Shown here: piece by piece, positions 40,825-50,141 of the stretch
Numbering within the stretch: position 1 is the first letter of the stretch
How the letters are laid out: the number at the start of each line of letters is the position of its first letter
From: Candidatus Levyibacteriota bacterium
Lineage (GTDB): Bacteria > Patescibacteriota > Microgenomatia > Levybacterales > UBA12049
Assembly: GCA_052034235.1 (NCBI GenBank)
Contig: JBPOIT010000013.1
Span: 3,257 to 67,256, forward strand
Length of the DNA stretch: 64,000 bases
Direction: 5' to 3'
The notes under the pieces: model-generated
Databases searched by the model: none
Told to the model about the DNA's origin: nothing
The model's input: the letters and a program-made list of their open reading frames with translations, nothing else
Program-made: the position numbers and the translations under genes

Positions 40825-42513
40825 TTATTTCGATTTTATAATTATTTTCATCAATCGTTTTCTCGTTATAAAAAGACCGGCAACAATAACAACAAATATG
40901 AGACTTACGACTTTACCCAATATACGCACCTTGGTATCTTCGAACTGTAATTTGATGTCATGTTTGCCGGCAGGAACGGTATAGGTAATCACACCTCTAT
41001 AATTTGGATCTTGAAATTGTATCTCTTGTTTTTGACCATCAACATAGAGCGTCCAACCTGGGAAATAAAATGTATAGTCAACTATATGCAATGGTGTTTT
41101 AGCTTCAATCGTATACATTCTTGACGAGTTTTTTATAGTTTTAGAAAGAATTTTGCCTTCTCCTCCAACAATTTCTATTTGCTCTTTTTTAACAGGGTAT
41201 GTTTCTGTCTCCCCTGTCCAAATAGTATTCATGTTATTTGAGTGAAGATTAATCGTGGTAAATGTATATGTACTTTGGGGATATGCTGTAAAATTCTTCC
41301 CGTAAAGTTGAGGGAAACGAGTAATACAAACGAGCAAGACGATGGCAATAATTAATATATTTTTATTGAATTTACTTAAGAGTGCGATAATAATAATCGG
41401 CGGAATAAAAATAAACGCTGAAAACATGCGCCATGGAAACTGAATATTCCCAAGGAAACTAAAAATTTTATAAAAGCTTTCTGAATACTGTGTCGTGAAG
41501 AATATAATGATTAGCCCTGTCACAACTGCAAAGTCTAAAAGCGTAATTTGTTTTTTAAGTGAGCCTTTAATGAGTCTCGTAACAACCACTATCAAACCAA
41601 TAAGTACTCCAATTGTTTCAATAAGACCAGACTGTATAAAATGTCCCCTTGAAAAGATATCATCCTTATAAAAATAATACCAATTAGGATCAAAGTAATT
41701 TATGAGCCCAACAAATTGATTGGCAACCAGATGATTTTTTTCACTTCCGTAATAAAAGTACTTTAATTCTTGTGTCAGTGGGATAATATACCATCCTGTT
41801 AAACCAAGCGCAAAAACTATAGAAAAGAAAAATAATCCAAAAAAGAAAATTGTCTTCTTTGTTATACGAAATCCTGTAACTGAAATAACGTTGAATAAAA
41901 AATACGGTATAAAAAGAAAAGCATATGTTACAAACATCATAGGGTGTGTGATGATAATACCTGCTAGACAAAGTGTCATAAGAAAAAATGCATTAACACT
42001 TTTCTTTTGGATCAGATGATAAATACTAATAAGAGTCAACGGTAATAGAATTGTTGAAAATGTTTCAGGAATTGCGCCACGAATATACAGATCAATAATC
42101 CTAAACGGCGCAAAATTAAAAAGGAAAGTTCCTAGAAATGCGTATTTTGGCTCAAAATAAAGACGCAAGAAATAATAGAAGAAAACGTTTGAAAGAAGAA
42201 TTCCTATGAACGCAACAATGTTATATGCAAGCACAGGATCATTTGTGAACAAATTAAAGAACATGCCCAAATAACTAGTGGCCTGCTGTGAGAACATGCC
42301 GATTGGCATTCCATAATTTGCAAAACCATCTAGCCACATCACTGGAAAATCTCCACTTTTGAATGCGTCAGTATATTGAGCAGCTGTTGTTATGTGTACA
42401 AGACCATCCATATTTGCAGATCTGCCGACATGGATAAAAAGATCAAGAACTGAAAAAACTGATATAATAGCAATGAGGAGAAGCGGAGCGAGGTTATTTT
42501 TTTTGTGGCTCAT
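40825..42513 (-). CDS. YfhO-like polytopic GT-C-type membrane protein with C-terminal extracytoplasmic beta-rich domain and terminal TM (type F; paralog of 53250..54983)
   Basis: 562 aa; shares YIRGAIPE and C-terminal YFPGWTLYVDGQKQE blocks with 53250..54983 (YVRGAIGE, YFPGWHVYIDNKQQE). Final hydrophobic helix VVSLIFVVIVAGLFI. Confidence 0.4.
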   Translation of the reverse strand: MSHKKNNLAPLLLIAIISVFSVLDLFIHVGRSANMDGLVHITTAAQYTDAFKSGDFPVMWLDGFANYGMPIGMFSQQATSYLGMFFNLFTNDPVLAYNIVAFIGILLSNVFFYYFLRLYFEPKYAFLGTFLFNFAPFRIIDLYIRGAIPETFSTILLPLTLISIYHLIQKKSVNAFFLMTLCLAGIIITHPMMFVTYAFLFIPYFLFNVISVTGFRITKKTIFFFGLFFFSIVFALGLTGWYIIPLTQELKYFYYGSEKNHLVANQFVGLINYFDPNWYYFYKDDIFSRGHFIQSGLIETIGVLIGLIVVVTRLIKGSLKKQITLLDFAVVTGLIIIFFTTQYSESFYKIFSFLGNIQFPWRMFSAFIFIPPIIIIALLSKFNKNILIIAIVLLVCITRFPQLYGKNFTAYPQSTYTFTTINLHSNNMNTIWTGETETYPVKKEQIEIVGGEGKILSKTIKNSSRMYTIEAKTPLHIVDYTFYFPGWTLYVDGQKQEIQFQDPNYRGVITYTVPAGKHDIKLQFEDTKVRILGKVVSLIFVVIVAGLFITRKRLMKIIIKSK

Positions 42514-42535
42514 GCTTATGATTATACCTAAGACA

Positions 42536-43132
42536 ATGAAAAAACTAAAGAACAGTCCTTGGTTGCTCTATGGGATTCTCGGAGCAATAATAGTCGTCAC
42601 TTTTGTTATATTTCAACCCAAAGTCGCAAGCTCTCTTTTTCAACCGAAGCGAGCTATGCTTCTTGAAACATATAGTACTGCGGTTAAAACCCAATCTCCA
42701 TTTAATCCACAAAACTATTGGGAATTTAGGGAATTTTATTCTCCAGGACATTTTCTCTATGAAAAGACTGGCCTTCCCAAAGAAATTCTGAGTGAATTCC
42801 TATCAGATTCACCAATTCCTCTCCAGCAAAAGCACTTTATAACACCGTTCCTTTCTTTCGAATCACCATATTTAGAAAGTATAGACAGTTTAACTACAGC
42901 AAATAGTATTGATGAGATACTTGATTCAAATAGATTAAACTCTCAAGCTATTGTGGCAAAAAATAAGCACGCGATGCTTTATAGGTATGAAAAAGATAAA
43001 TTATTCCTTATATTTGTTCTCTCCGGAGATGAAATGAAGAAAGCCAATGGATTCTTTGATTATCGAGAAGCTGATAAAGAATTTGTAAAAGGTAAAAATT
43101 GGCTTAATGTCACGTATATTCAGGTTAAATAA
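42536..43132 (+). CDS. membrane-anchored protein of unknown function (N-terminal TM plus roughly 160-aa soluble domain)
   Basis: The ORF-track frame 42392..43132 would overlap the divergent upstream gene. The first plausible ATG is at 42536 (MKKLKNSPWLLYGILGAIIVVTFVIF...). No motif recognised. Confidence 0.4.
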   Translation: MKKLKNSPWLLYGILGAIIVVTFVIFQPKVASSLFQPKRAMLLETYSTAVKTQSPFNPQNYWEFREFYSPGHFLYEKTGLPKEILSEFLSDSPIPLQQKHFITPFLSFESPYLESIDSLTTANSIDEILDSNRLNSQAIVAKNKHAMLYRYEKDKLFLIFVLSGDEMKKANGFFDYREADKEFVKGKNWLNVTYIQVK

Positions 43133-44195
43133 GAAGATCGTTTACCTTTTTACAAAAAATTTCTTTGCTGTACTCTTTTGCATCTTTTTGAGCAGTTTCT
43201 GAAAGATGCTCCCACATTTTTTGATTTTTGGTAAGTTCGATAGTTTTTGTTTGTAATTCTTCTAGAGTATTCCATAGCAGACCATTTGCACCATCTCGCA
43301 CGATCTCTTTTTGTCCACCTGCATTTATCACAACAGGAACAACTCCTGCGCCCATTGCCTCAACTGTTGAAATGCCGAAATGTTCTGCCAAATGAGGACG
43401 CAGCTGCAAATCTTCTCCGAATCCTGATGCATGCCAATAAATTTTTGCTTTATTATAAATCTCCCATAATTCTTTATTTGTTTTATTCACTGCAAATTCA
43501 ATTGGATAGCGACTTGCACTCTTTAACATTGCTTGAAACTTCCCGTCGTTTTCATCATGAATACTTGTTGCGATAACAAGTTTCCATTCTTTAAAACCTT
43601 TATCAACCATCTGTTTAAAGGTCTCTACCATAAATTGTTGTTTTTTAAAATCATTACTCACAACATTTGCTGTCCTGAATCGACCAACATGAAGTATTAT
43701 ATTTTGTTTTGGAGTTTTTTGAGCATATAATGCAACTGGAGGATAAATTATTTCTGTTTTTACCTTTCCAAAAAGTTTCGTATTGCAAGCCTTTGTGAAA
43801 ATGGAATTATAAAAAATTTTATTAACTCGTTTTAGTTTTATCCCACCTTTCCAGGTAGTCACTTCACTTTTCGCAAGAGGTTGTTGAATATGTAAAAAAA
43901 GTTTTTTTGAAAGGACAACAGGTATACTGCCGTCACTGAGCACAATAAGTACGTCGTATTTTTTAGATTCCGCAAGTCGTTTGATCAATGAAGTTTTAGA
44001 TGAAAATATATTTTGGGTGCGTTTTATTCTATCCAAATTTATGGAAAACCGTTTTTTAAGCGCTTCGATGTCTTCATTATTCTCCCAAAAAAGAGACACA
44101 TCGTGATTCTGAGATAGGCATTCTGCTATCGTCATCATATATTTCTCACCGCCACCTAGATCATCAAGATATGGATCAAAAATTCCTATTCGCAT
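43125..44195 (-). CDS. GT4 family glycosyltransferase
   Basis: C-terminal LAEHFGISTVEAMGAGVVPVV (EX7E). 356 aa. Confidence 0.7.
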   Translation of the reverse strand: MRIGIFDPYLDDLGGGEKYMMTIAECLSQNHDVSLFWENNEDIEALKKRFSINLDRIKRTQNIFSSKTSLIKRLAESKKYDVLIVLSDGSIPVVLSKKLFLHIQQPLAKSEVTTWKGGIKLKRVNKIFYNSIFTKACNTKLFGKVKTEIIYPPVALYAQKTPKQNIILHVGRFRTANVVSNDFKKQQFMVETFKQMVDKGFKEWKLVIATSIHDENDGKFQAMLKSASRYPIEFAVNKTNKELWEIYNKAKIYWHASGFGEDLQLRPHLAEHFGISTVEAMGAGVVPVVINAGGQKEIVRDGANGLLWNTLEELQTKTIELTKNQKMWEHLSETAQKDAKEYSKEIFCKKVNDLLI

Positions 44196-44261
44196 ACCTA
44201 GATTCTAACAGCTTTTTATGCGCTTGCATATGTGTTAAGCTCATGTTACGATATTTCCACG

Positions 44262-44528
44262 ATGAATTTTGGCCCTACAATCCCCTTCGGTCAGGCACTA
44301 ATTATTTACTTTGTTACAACCTGGATTCTGATATGGAAAGGAATTGCATTATGGAGAGCAGCGCAATCACATCAGCGCAACTGGTTTATTGTAATGCTCG
44401 TTCTTAATCTTGATACATTGGGAATCCTTGAAATAATTTATTTGTTTAGATTTGCTAAAAAGCGACTGACGCTTAAAGATATACAACACTGGTTTGAAAA
44501 AACCTTTACCCGCAGATCTTCAAAGTAA
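44262..44528 (+). CDS. small two-TM membrane protein of unknown function
   Basis: ATG at 44262 within ORF-track frame 44232..44528. MNFGPTIPFGQALIIYFVTTWILIWKGIALWRAAQSHQRNWFIVMLVLNLDTLGILEIIYLF, then a basic tail. Confidence 0.35.
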   Translation: MNFGPTIPFGQALIIYFVTTWILIWKGIALWRAAQSHQRNWFIVMLVLNLDTLGILEIIYLFRFAKKRLTLKDIQHWFEKTFTRRSSK

Positions 44529-44578
44529 CATCTTACAGTTTACCTCTACAATAGCGTATAATAAGCTTAATATTATCT

Positions 44579-46531
44579 ATGGGAAATTTTTTCCTTGAGG
44601 CAGTCCTTTTTATAATTGCAGTCATAGTCTGCTTCTATTTCACTGGAAATGTCTTCTTCCACTTTCTCAAAATCAAACTCCAAGGAATTGAAAAATTATT
44701 CCTCACGATAGTCGCAGGATTATCAGTTTTTACAATAGTACTTTACTTACTTTCCTGGATTAATGCAGAGCTATTAGCTTGGCCTCTTTTACTCGTAATA
44801 TCAATAATCGCATTCAAAAAAAATCTCTATATAATTTCTTTTGAAAAAAAAGAATATGCACCACTTATGTTTATTATCTCGTGTTCAGTAATCTTTAGTA
44901 CGCCGCTTATGTTGTACGGATTATTCGGAAATACGATATCACATCGATTTGATGATTTATGGCATTTAGCACTCATTCAGGAAATGAAAGTACACTTTCC
45001 TCCTGACATACCGACCTACGCTGGTGTACCCCTTAAGGGATATCATTTTTTCTCAGATTTTATCGTTGCAAAAATAAGTAATTTATTCTTTATCACTCCG
45101 TTTTATTTGTTTTATCAATTTTTTTCAATTTTCCTGAGCTTTCTTTGGGGTATGGGTGCTTATACGTTGCTATATCTTTGGTCCAAAAAAGTCTCTGCTG
45201 CGATGTGGGCAGTTTTTCTCACAATGTTTGGGGGTAGTTTTGCCTATATCTTTCACTGGTTTGGTCATCCGGAAATTAATCTTCAGGACGGATTACGGAT
45301 GCTCCAACCAGCAGTATCACTTTTTAATCCGCCATATACGCTCTCTGTAATAGTATTATTTTTTTGTCTCAGTCTGCTTTACAAATATATCACAACTCGT
45401 GAGAAACGCTGGCTGATACCTTTTATCTTTGGTGCAGGCATTTTACCGATGATAAAAGTCTATGCTGGAATAATTTTATTTGGAGGATTAATTGTCACAG
45501 CATGTAACGAAATCCTAAAGAAAAAATACTTTCTCATCATCATTTTCTTATGCATAGGATTTCTTTTCTTAATTACCTACGGTCTTTTTGTTCTTGGTCA
45601 TGGAAGTCTTATTTGGTATCCTCTCTGGCCTACGCATCAACTGCTCGGAGGATTCAGCGGCGCTGGTTATGAAGAGAAAATAGCTACTTATTATAAAGTG
45701 GGTGTTCTTTCTAAAATTATTCCGATTGAGCTATGGGGACTCTTTTTGTTTCTCATCGGCAATTTAGGAACGAGGCTTTTTGGCATACTTGCACTTCTAT
45801 TTTTGTTAAGACAGAAGAAAAGGCCGAGCAATTTTGCACTATCAGTTTTCGTAATGTTACTTATTTCAGTCTTACTTCCACTGTTTTTTATACAAACGGG
45901 CAAGGTCTTTGAAATGATTCAGATGACAAATTATTATCTGATGTTTTGCTCTCTATTCGCTTCACTTGGCATCGCTGCTTTTATCAATCTCAAATTTCGT
46001 CATAAAAAAAGCATACTATGGTTGACTGCATTTATATTTATTGTTTTGACAATACCCTCAGCAATTGCTATGCAAAATTCAATGATTACAAATGCATCTA
46101 GTAGACATGAATTATCAGAACCACGATATAAAGCTTTATTGACGCTTCGTAATCAAGGTACTTATTCAGATACAATACTTGAACTTCCCGAACTTGGAAC
46201 ATCTTCTACTCAGGAGTCATTAAAAAGTTGGCATGACTACACCGAACCACTTGCGGCTGTTTTGTCAAATAAAAGAGCATATCTTATTGATGGAGGTATT
46301 TTATTCCCAGGCATGAAACTAGAGGATCGTTTAGATGATCATGCCTCTATCATTAATTACCGCATTGATCCAACACTACAATCCGCTGAAAAAGTAAAAG
46401 AAATATTACAAAAAAAGAGTATTCGATATATCATTTCTCCCTACAATTTTCCTGATTTAGAAAAAATATCAGGTATACAAGCTATCTATACTGATCAATA
46501 TTTTATATATGAATTTATTAACAAAAAGTAG
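44579..46531 (+). CDS. large polytopic membrane protein with soluble C-terminal domain, possible GT-C-like glycosyltransferase
   Basis: 650 aa. Roughly 480 aa are hydrophobic, then a soluble tail of about 170 aa. HRFDDLWHLALIQE loop. No firm motif. Confidence 0.4.
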   Translation: MGNFFLEAVLFIIAVIVCFYFTGNVFFHFLKIKLQGIEKLFLTIVAGLSVFTIVLYLLSWINAELLAWPLLLVISIIAFKKNLYIISFEKKEYAPLMFIISCSVIFSTPLMLYGLFGNTISHRFDDLWHLALIQEMKVHFPPDIPTYAGVPLKGYHFFSDFIVAKISNLFFITPFYLFYQFFSIFLSFLWGMGAYTLLYLWSKKVSAAMWAVFLTMFGGSFAYIFHWFGHPEINLQDGLRMLQPAVSLFNPPYTLSVIVLFFCLSLLYKYITTREKRWLIPFIFGAGILPMIKVYAGIILFGGLIVTACNEILKKKYFLIIIFLCIGFLFLITYGLFVLGHGSLIWYPLWPTHQLLGGFSGAGYEEKIATYYKVGVLSKIIPIELWGLFLFLIGNLGTRLFGILALLFLLRQKKRPSNFALSVFVMLLISVLLPLFFIQTGKVFEMIQMTNYYLMFCSLFASLGIAAFINLKFRHKKSILWLTAFIFIVLTIPSAIAMQNSMITNASSRHELSEPRYKALLTLRNQGTYSDTILELPELGTSSTQESLKSWHDYTEPLAAVLSNKRAYLIDGGILFPGMKLEDRLDDHASIINYRIDPTLQSAEKVKEILQKKSIRYIISPYNFPDLEKISGIQAIYTDQYFIYEFINKK

Positions 46532-46534
46532 CTG

Positions 46535-48400
46535 ATGAAAACGAGATTATTATTTATTATTATATTTTCTGTTTTTTGTTTACTAGGTGCTTTTTCGCGA
46601 CTCTATCAAATTCAAGTTGTCCCAGCTTCAATCAGTTATGATGAGCTTGACCATGTGATAAATGGACTCAGTATTTTTTATACAGGAAAAGATATACAAG
46701 GTGAACATTTTTTTTGGGAACTATATCCTACGCAAACACATACATTTACTGCCGAATTAAGCGGCTTGTGGCATAGTTTTGTCTCATTTCTACCTCTTCC
46801 AAACTATACACTAGCACGGTTACCCAATATCATTGCAGGCTTTGTAGCATCCGGTGCATTTGCTTTTTTTGTCTATCAGGTCTTTCGATCGAGAAAAATT
46901 GCTCTCATAGTTCTTGCGCTTATGCTGGTCTCACCATGGCATATTTTACTTTCAAGAACTGCCTATGAAGCACCAGTTGCACTAGCATGGCTCATTAGTA
47001 GTATTGTATTCTTCTGGCAAATGCTAGAGAAGAGAAAAAATAAACAAAAAATTATCTATTTGGCACTCACAATTTTTTGTATGCTCGCGTCATTTTATAC
47101 GTATCACGGTTACAAAATGCTCTTTCCTTTCATCTTTATCCTAGTATTTCTTTGGAATAGAAAAACATCAATCAAAACAAGTTTTACGAAAAAGGGTATA
47201 AAGGAAATTTCAAATTATGCAATTCTTCTAATTCTCTTCTCTTGGCTTGTCGCATTCGCATTATTCAGTTATCGATTGAATGAGGGACACTATGGAAATC
47301 GAACAAGTGAAATCTCCATCCTCAACACTGAAGGCGCAACAGAAAAAGTGAATGCTGTGAGACAGGGTAGTTTAGAAAATCGATACAATTCAGTATTTGT
47401 AAATAAAGGTACGGTCGTTAGTGATCAAATAGAGAATAATTTTTTAGAGTCTTTTGACCCGGCAATGCTCTTTTTTAATGGATATGATAAATCGTATGTG
47501 TTAGGTCTTTGGGAACACGGCTTTTTGTATATTATTCAGCTGCCGTTGATTATCATAGGTTTCTTGTGGGCAAGTAAATATAAATCACGGGATACTATCT
47601 TTTTACATATTTTTATACTTATATCGGTTATTCCTGTCGTTATTCATACAAACACATCTGTCGCACTCCGTTCAGGGCTCCTTATTCCAATTCTGATACT
47701 ATTTTCTGCATTTGGAGTATATATACTCATTGCAAAAAAGTATTTTGGCAAACCAATAATGGTAACCCTATTGCTTACTGCTTTGTTGTTTAGTGTTTTT
47801 CGATTTCAACACATGTATTTCTTCCGTTTTCCAATCAATAATATAGATACATCATTATTCCAAGAAAGATTAGCGTCTGGCTATGTTGCAAGCACACATG
47901 ATGAAGGTATTCCTGTAATTGTTTTTGCAAATGAACCATATAATTCAATTCGTGTGACTGCATTTTCAGCTAGGCTTATCAATAGCAGTACAATAAGAGA
48001 TTGGCAAAAAATTCTTTCAAATCCTCGCCAAGGTACTTATACATATAACAATTTTACATTTACCAACGAGTGTAAACACGCAGGTACCATACAACCAGGA
48101 CGTGTCATTGTTGCATCACCAGATCTTGCTGCAAACTGTAATTTAGAAAATAACTATGCAGCATATGCTGCAAATCTCAAAGTGAAGAATATGGGACCAC
48201 AAGTAATAGTACTTCCATCACCACGAGATAATCATGATTATTATAGAGTTTTTAACGATCAGCTGTGCAAAAACCGTTTTGTACCTGGACAAATATGGAT
48301 AAAAAAAGCTGAAGATTATAAGATTGAGGCATTATCACCTGATGATTTATGTGGGAAGTGGACAAAAATAGAGAGTTTTCGTCTTAAAAAAAGCACTTAG
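46535..48400 (+). CDS. GT39/ArnT-like GT-C membrane glycosyltransferase (type E, third paralog) with C-terminal soluble domain
   Basis: ISYDELDHVINGLSIF (DE motif) and LVSPWHILLSRTAYEAP. 621 aa. Confidence 0.65.
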   Translation: MKTRLLFIIIFSVFCLLGAFSRLYQIQVVPASISYDELDHVINGLSIFYTGKDIQGEHFFWELYPTQTHTFTAELSGLWHSFVSFLPLPNYTLARLPNIIAGFVASGAFAFFVYQVFRSRKIALIVLALMLVSPWHILLSRTAYEAPVALAWLISSIVFFWQMLEKRKNKQKIIYLALTIFCMLASFYTYHGYKMLFPFIFILVFLWNRKTSIKTSFTKKGIKEISNYAILLILFSWLVAFALFSYRLNEGHYGNRTSEISILNTEGATEKVNAVRQGSLENRYNSVFVNKGTVVSDQIENNFLESFDPAMLFFNGYDKSYVLGLWEHGFLYIIQLPLIIIGFLWASKYKSRDTIFLHIFILISVIPVVIHTNTSVALRSGLLIPILILFSAFGVYILIAKKYFGKPIMVTLLLTALLFSVFRFQHMYFFRFPINNIDTSLFQERLASGYVASTHDEGIPVIVFANEPYNSIRVTAFSARLINSSTIRDWQKILSNPRQGTYTYNNFTFTNECKHAGTIQPGRVIVASPDLAANCNLENNYAAYAANLKVKNMGPQVIVLPSPRDNHDYYRVFNDQLCKNRFVPGQIWIKKAEDYKIEALSPDDLCGKWTKIESFRLKKST

Positions 48401-49149
48401 TGCACTTTATTCTGTTTCTCCCACAATTTTGCATAGGTGATGAACATGCTAAATGATTGATAGATACTTTCAACAAGTCCTGCAGTGCCCGCTCGCCATC
48501 CTTCTTGTTTTATATACGAACCATAAAAGGCAGTTAGCATGACACGAAAGAATCTCCAGCCTGACATTTTAGGATGATTTGCTTTTAGTCGCAAATCAGC
48601 CTCAACATCTGACCATTTGATAGTTTTTTCGACCATAGACGTTAAGTCACGATGCGTGTAATGGAATAGAAATCCGTCTTCAATATCTGCAATTTCTCCA
48701 TCAACTTTTGCTGTCTCATGCAAATCACCATACCACTCCTGCAGTTTTGTTTTTTTGAATAACCGCTCAAGTTTTTCAATATATGGCCATTCATGATTTC
48801 CAAAGTAAAAGTTTTTTCTTTTTATCCGGTAAGCACTAACTGTTGATCGCTCTTTTGCAACGAGATCCTGAATGCTTGTCTTCAACTCAGGAGATATCCG
48901 CTCATCTGAATCAACATACAGTATCCATTTTCCCTTTGCTTTTTTCAGTCCGAAATTCCGTTTTTCAGCAAAACTTTTTGCTTCATCTGAGAACACATGG
49001 GCCCCCATATGTTTTGCTAGATCAACTGTCCGATCGGTTGAATTATCATCAATAACAATTATCTCATCACAAAAAGAAACAGAATCAAGACAGTCTGCAA
49101 TCAACTCTTCTGCGTTTTTAGTAAGTATAATAGCTGAAATCTTTATCAT
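48397..49149 (-). CDS. GT2 family glycosyltransferase (type D paralog)
   Basis: ISAIILTKNAEELIADCLDSV...IIVIDDNSTDRT...LYVDSDERISPEL. Confidence 0.7.
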   Translation of the reverse strand: MIKISAIILTKNAEELIADCLDSVSFCDEIIVIDDNSTDRTVDLAKHMGAHVFSDEAKSFAEKRNFGLKKAKGKWILYVDSDERISPELKTSIQDLVAKERSTVSAYRIKRKNFYFGNHEWPYIEKLERLFKKTKLQEWYGDLHETAKVDGEIADIEDGFLFHYTHRDLTSMVEKTIKWSDVEADLRLKANHPKMSGWRFFRVMLTAFYGSYIKQEGWRAGTAGLVESIYQSFSMFITYAKLWEKQNKVH

Positions 49150-49168
49150 GTATTGCTATTGTATCAAA

Positions 49169-49864
49169 CTAAGCATAAACTGGAAATCTCGTGTTTTCTT
49201 CTGCTTCAATAAGCATATCTCTGAAATCCGCGATGATACGTTCTTCAAGACTGGAAAGCCCTGGCTGCTCAACCATTCGCACATCGACCGGATCCATAAG
49301 AAGTTTAACAATATGCAATTTGTTAGCCGCAACAGCAGCTCCTGTTGCTGTGATATCTAGAATACCATCACATCCAGGAACTGCATACTGAAGCGCCTCT
49401 GTAGAACCAGGCATTGCCCAAACCTCAACAGTATCTGCAAATAAATCTCCTGCAATACCTGGAAATTTGGTAACAATGGTACTACCTCTTAAATCATCGG
49501 ATACAGGTTCTCTGCCTTTTTCGTCAAGAACCCGATTTCTCAAAGAGTTAGTGACTCCAATAAATAATGTCCCGCTATTCGGAATAGTTGGGATAGGCTC
49601 GCCTTGCTCTCTCATTCCTGCATTCCAAAGGATATCACCTCCTGTTATCCCCGCTCTTGTCTTTGTTCTTTCACTAGTAACAATTTCAGGTACACTACTC
49701 GGACGAATAAGCAACATTTCAATTCCCAAGCGATCAACTGTTACAAGATTCTGCTTTGTCTCAACAGGAATTGCTAAACCCGCACGTCGTAATTGCATAT
49801 TTACCGGCTTTCCTAATTCACCTGTTGGAACTGCAATTTGCACTCTATTAAATTTTTCAGTCAT
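49169..49864 (-). CDS. hisG: ATP phosphoribosyltransferase, short (HisZ-dependent) form
   Basis: Start chosen at ATG 49864, preceded by AAAGGAGG 7 nt upstream. The ORF-track frame extends to 49915 but would run into the terminator. MTEKFNRVQIAVPTGEL..., LLIRPSSVPEIVTSERTKTRAGITGGDIL, and MPGSTEALQYAVPGCDGILDITATGAAVAANKL match HisG signature blocks. Confidence 0.75.
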   Translation of the reverse strand: MTEKFNRVQIAVPTGELGKPVNMQLRRAGLAIPVETKQNLVTVDRLGIEMLLIRPSSVPEIVTSERTKTRAGITGGDILWNAGMREQGEPIPTIPNSGTLFIGVTNSLRNRVLDEKGREPVSDDLRGSTIVTKFPGIAGDLFADTVEVWAMPGSTEALQYAVPGCDGILDITATGAAVAANKLHIVKLLMDPVDVRMVEQPGLSSLEERIIADFRDMLIEAEENTRFPVYA

Positions 49865-49896
49865 ATTAATCCTCCTTTCTTTAATTTTTTTTCCAC

Positions 49897-49952
49897 AAAA
49901 AAACCTTTCGTTCACTACTTATTACGAAACGTAATAAATAAGGAACGAAAGG
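49897..49952 (-). terminator. strong hairpin plus U7 (second terminator-like element of the hisG leader)
   Basis: The minus-strand RNA forms a perfect 10-bp stem (CCUUUCGUUC...GAACGAAAGG) with an extended inner stem, followed by U7 (49903..49897). It lies between the T-box core and the hisG RBS. Confidence 0.5.
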
Positions 49953-50135
49953 TACAAAAAAAGGACCTTCCGCGGTCCCATCCTTATTCCTAATCTATTG
50001 CTAAACTAGGCTCTTAACGGCGACTCCGCGATAGCGACATCGTCTGTTGTATTTAACGGTTCAACTTCCGTAAGGCATTTTGGCCTTCAGCTCCCGGATC
50101 GTGACTCCGGTCAAACGCTTTTATTATTAAATTGT
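49945..50135 (-). promoter_or_regulatory. T-box riboswitch-like leader, probably tRNA-His responsive, upstream of hisG
   Basis: The RNA contains AGGAAUAAGGAUGGGACCGCGG, against the T-box consensus AAUUAGGGUGGNACCGCGG. N = G fits the C73 discriminator of tRNA-His. An upstream hairpin CCGGAGUCACGAUCCGG exposes CAC. The region is GC-rich and structured, and is followed by two hairpin-U7 elements and the hisG SD. Confidence 0.5.
49956..49978 (-). terminator. hairpin plus U7 overlapping the T-box core (first terminator-like element)
   Basis: RNA GGACC-GCGGAA-GGUCC followed by U7 (49962..49956). The stem includes the ACC of the UGGGACC bulge sequence. Confidence 0.45.
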
Positions 50136-50141
50136 AATTTT

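Noticed and set aside
42392-42535. N-terminal 48-codon extension of the plus-strand ORF 42392..43132
   Set aside because: It would overlap the divergent minus-strand gene ending at 42513 by over 100 nt. The ATG at 42536 gives a sensible N-terminal TM start.
44171-44407. 78-aa plus-strand ORF overlapping the start of the small membrane protein gene
   Set aside because: It is in a different frame from the hydrophobic, membrane-protein-like ORF 44262..44528 and has no features of its own.
49921-49935. Perfect palindrome ATTACG-AAA-CGTAAT; considered a protein-binding site
   Set aside because: It lies in the loop and inner stem of the large terminator hairpin 49904..49952. It is explained by RNA secondary structure.
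50056-50071. Plus-strand hairpin ACGG-TTCAACTT-CCGT resembling a tRNA T-arm, raising the possibility of a tRNA gene in the GC-rich 49.9-50.2 kb region
   Set aside because: The loop has 8 nt rather than 7. There is no matching acceptor stem, D-arm or anticodon arm within 90 nt on either side. The region is better explained as part of the T-box leader on the minus strand.
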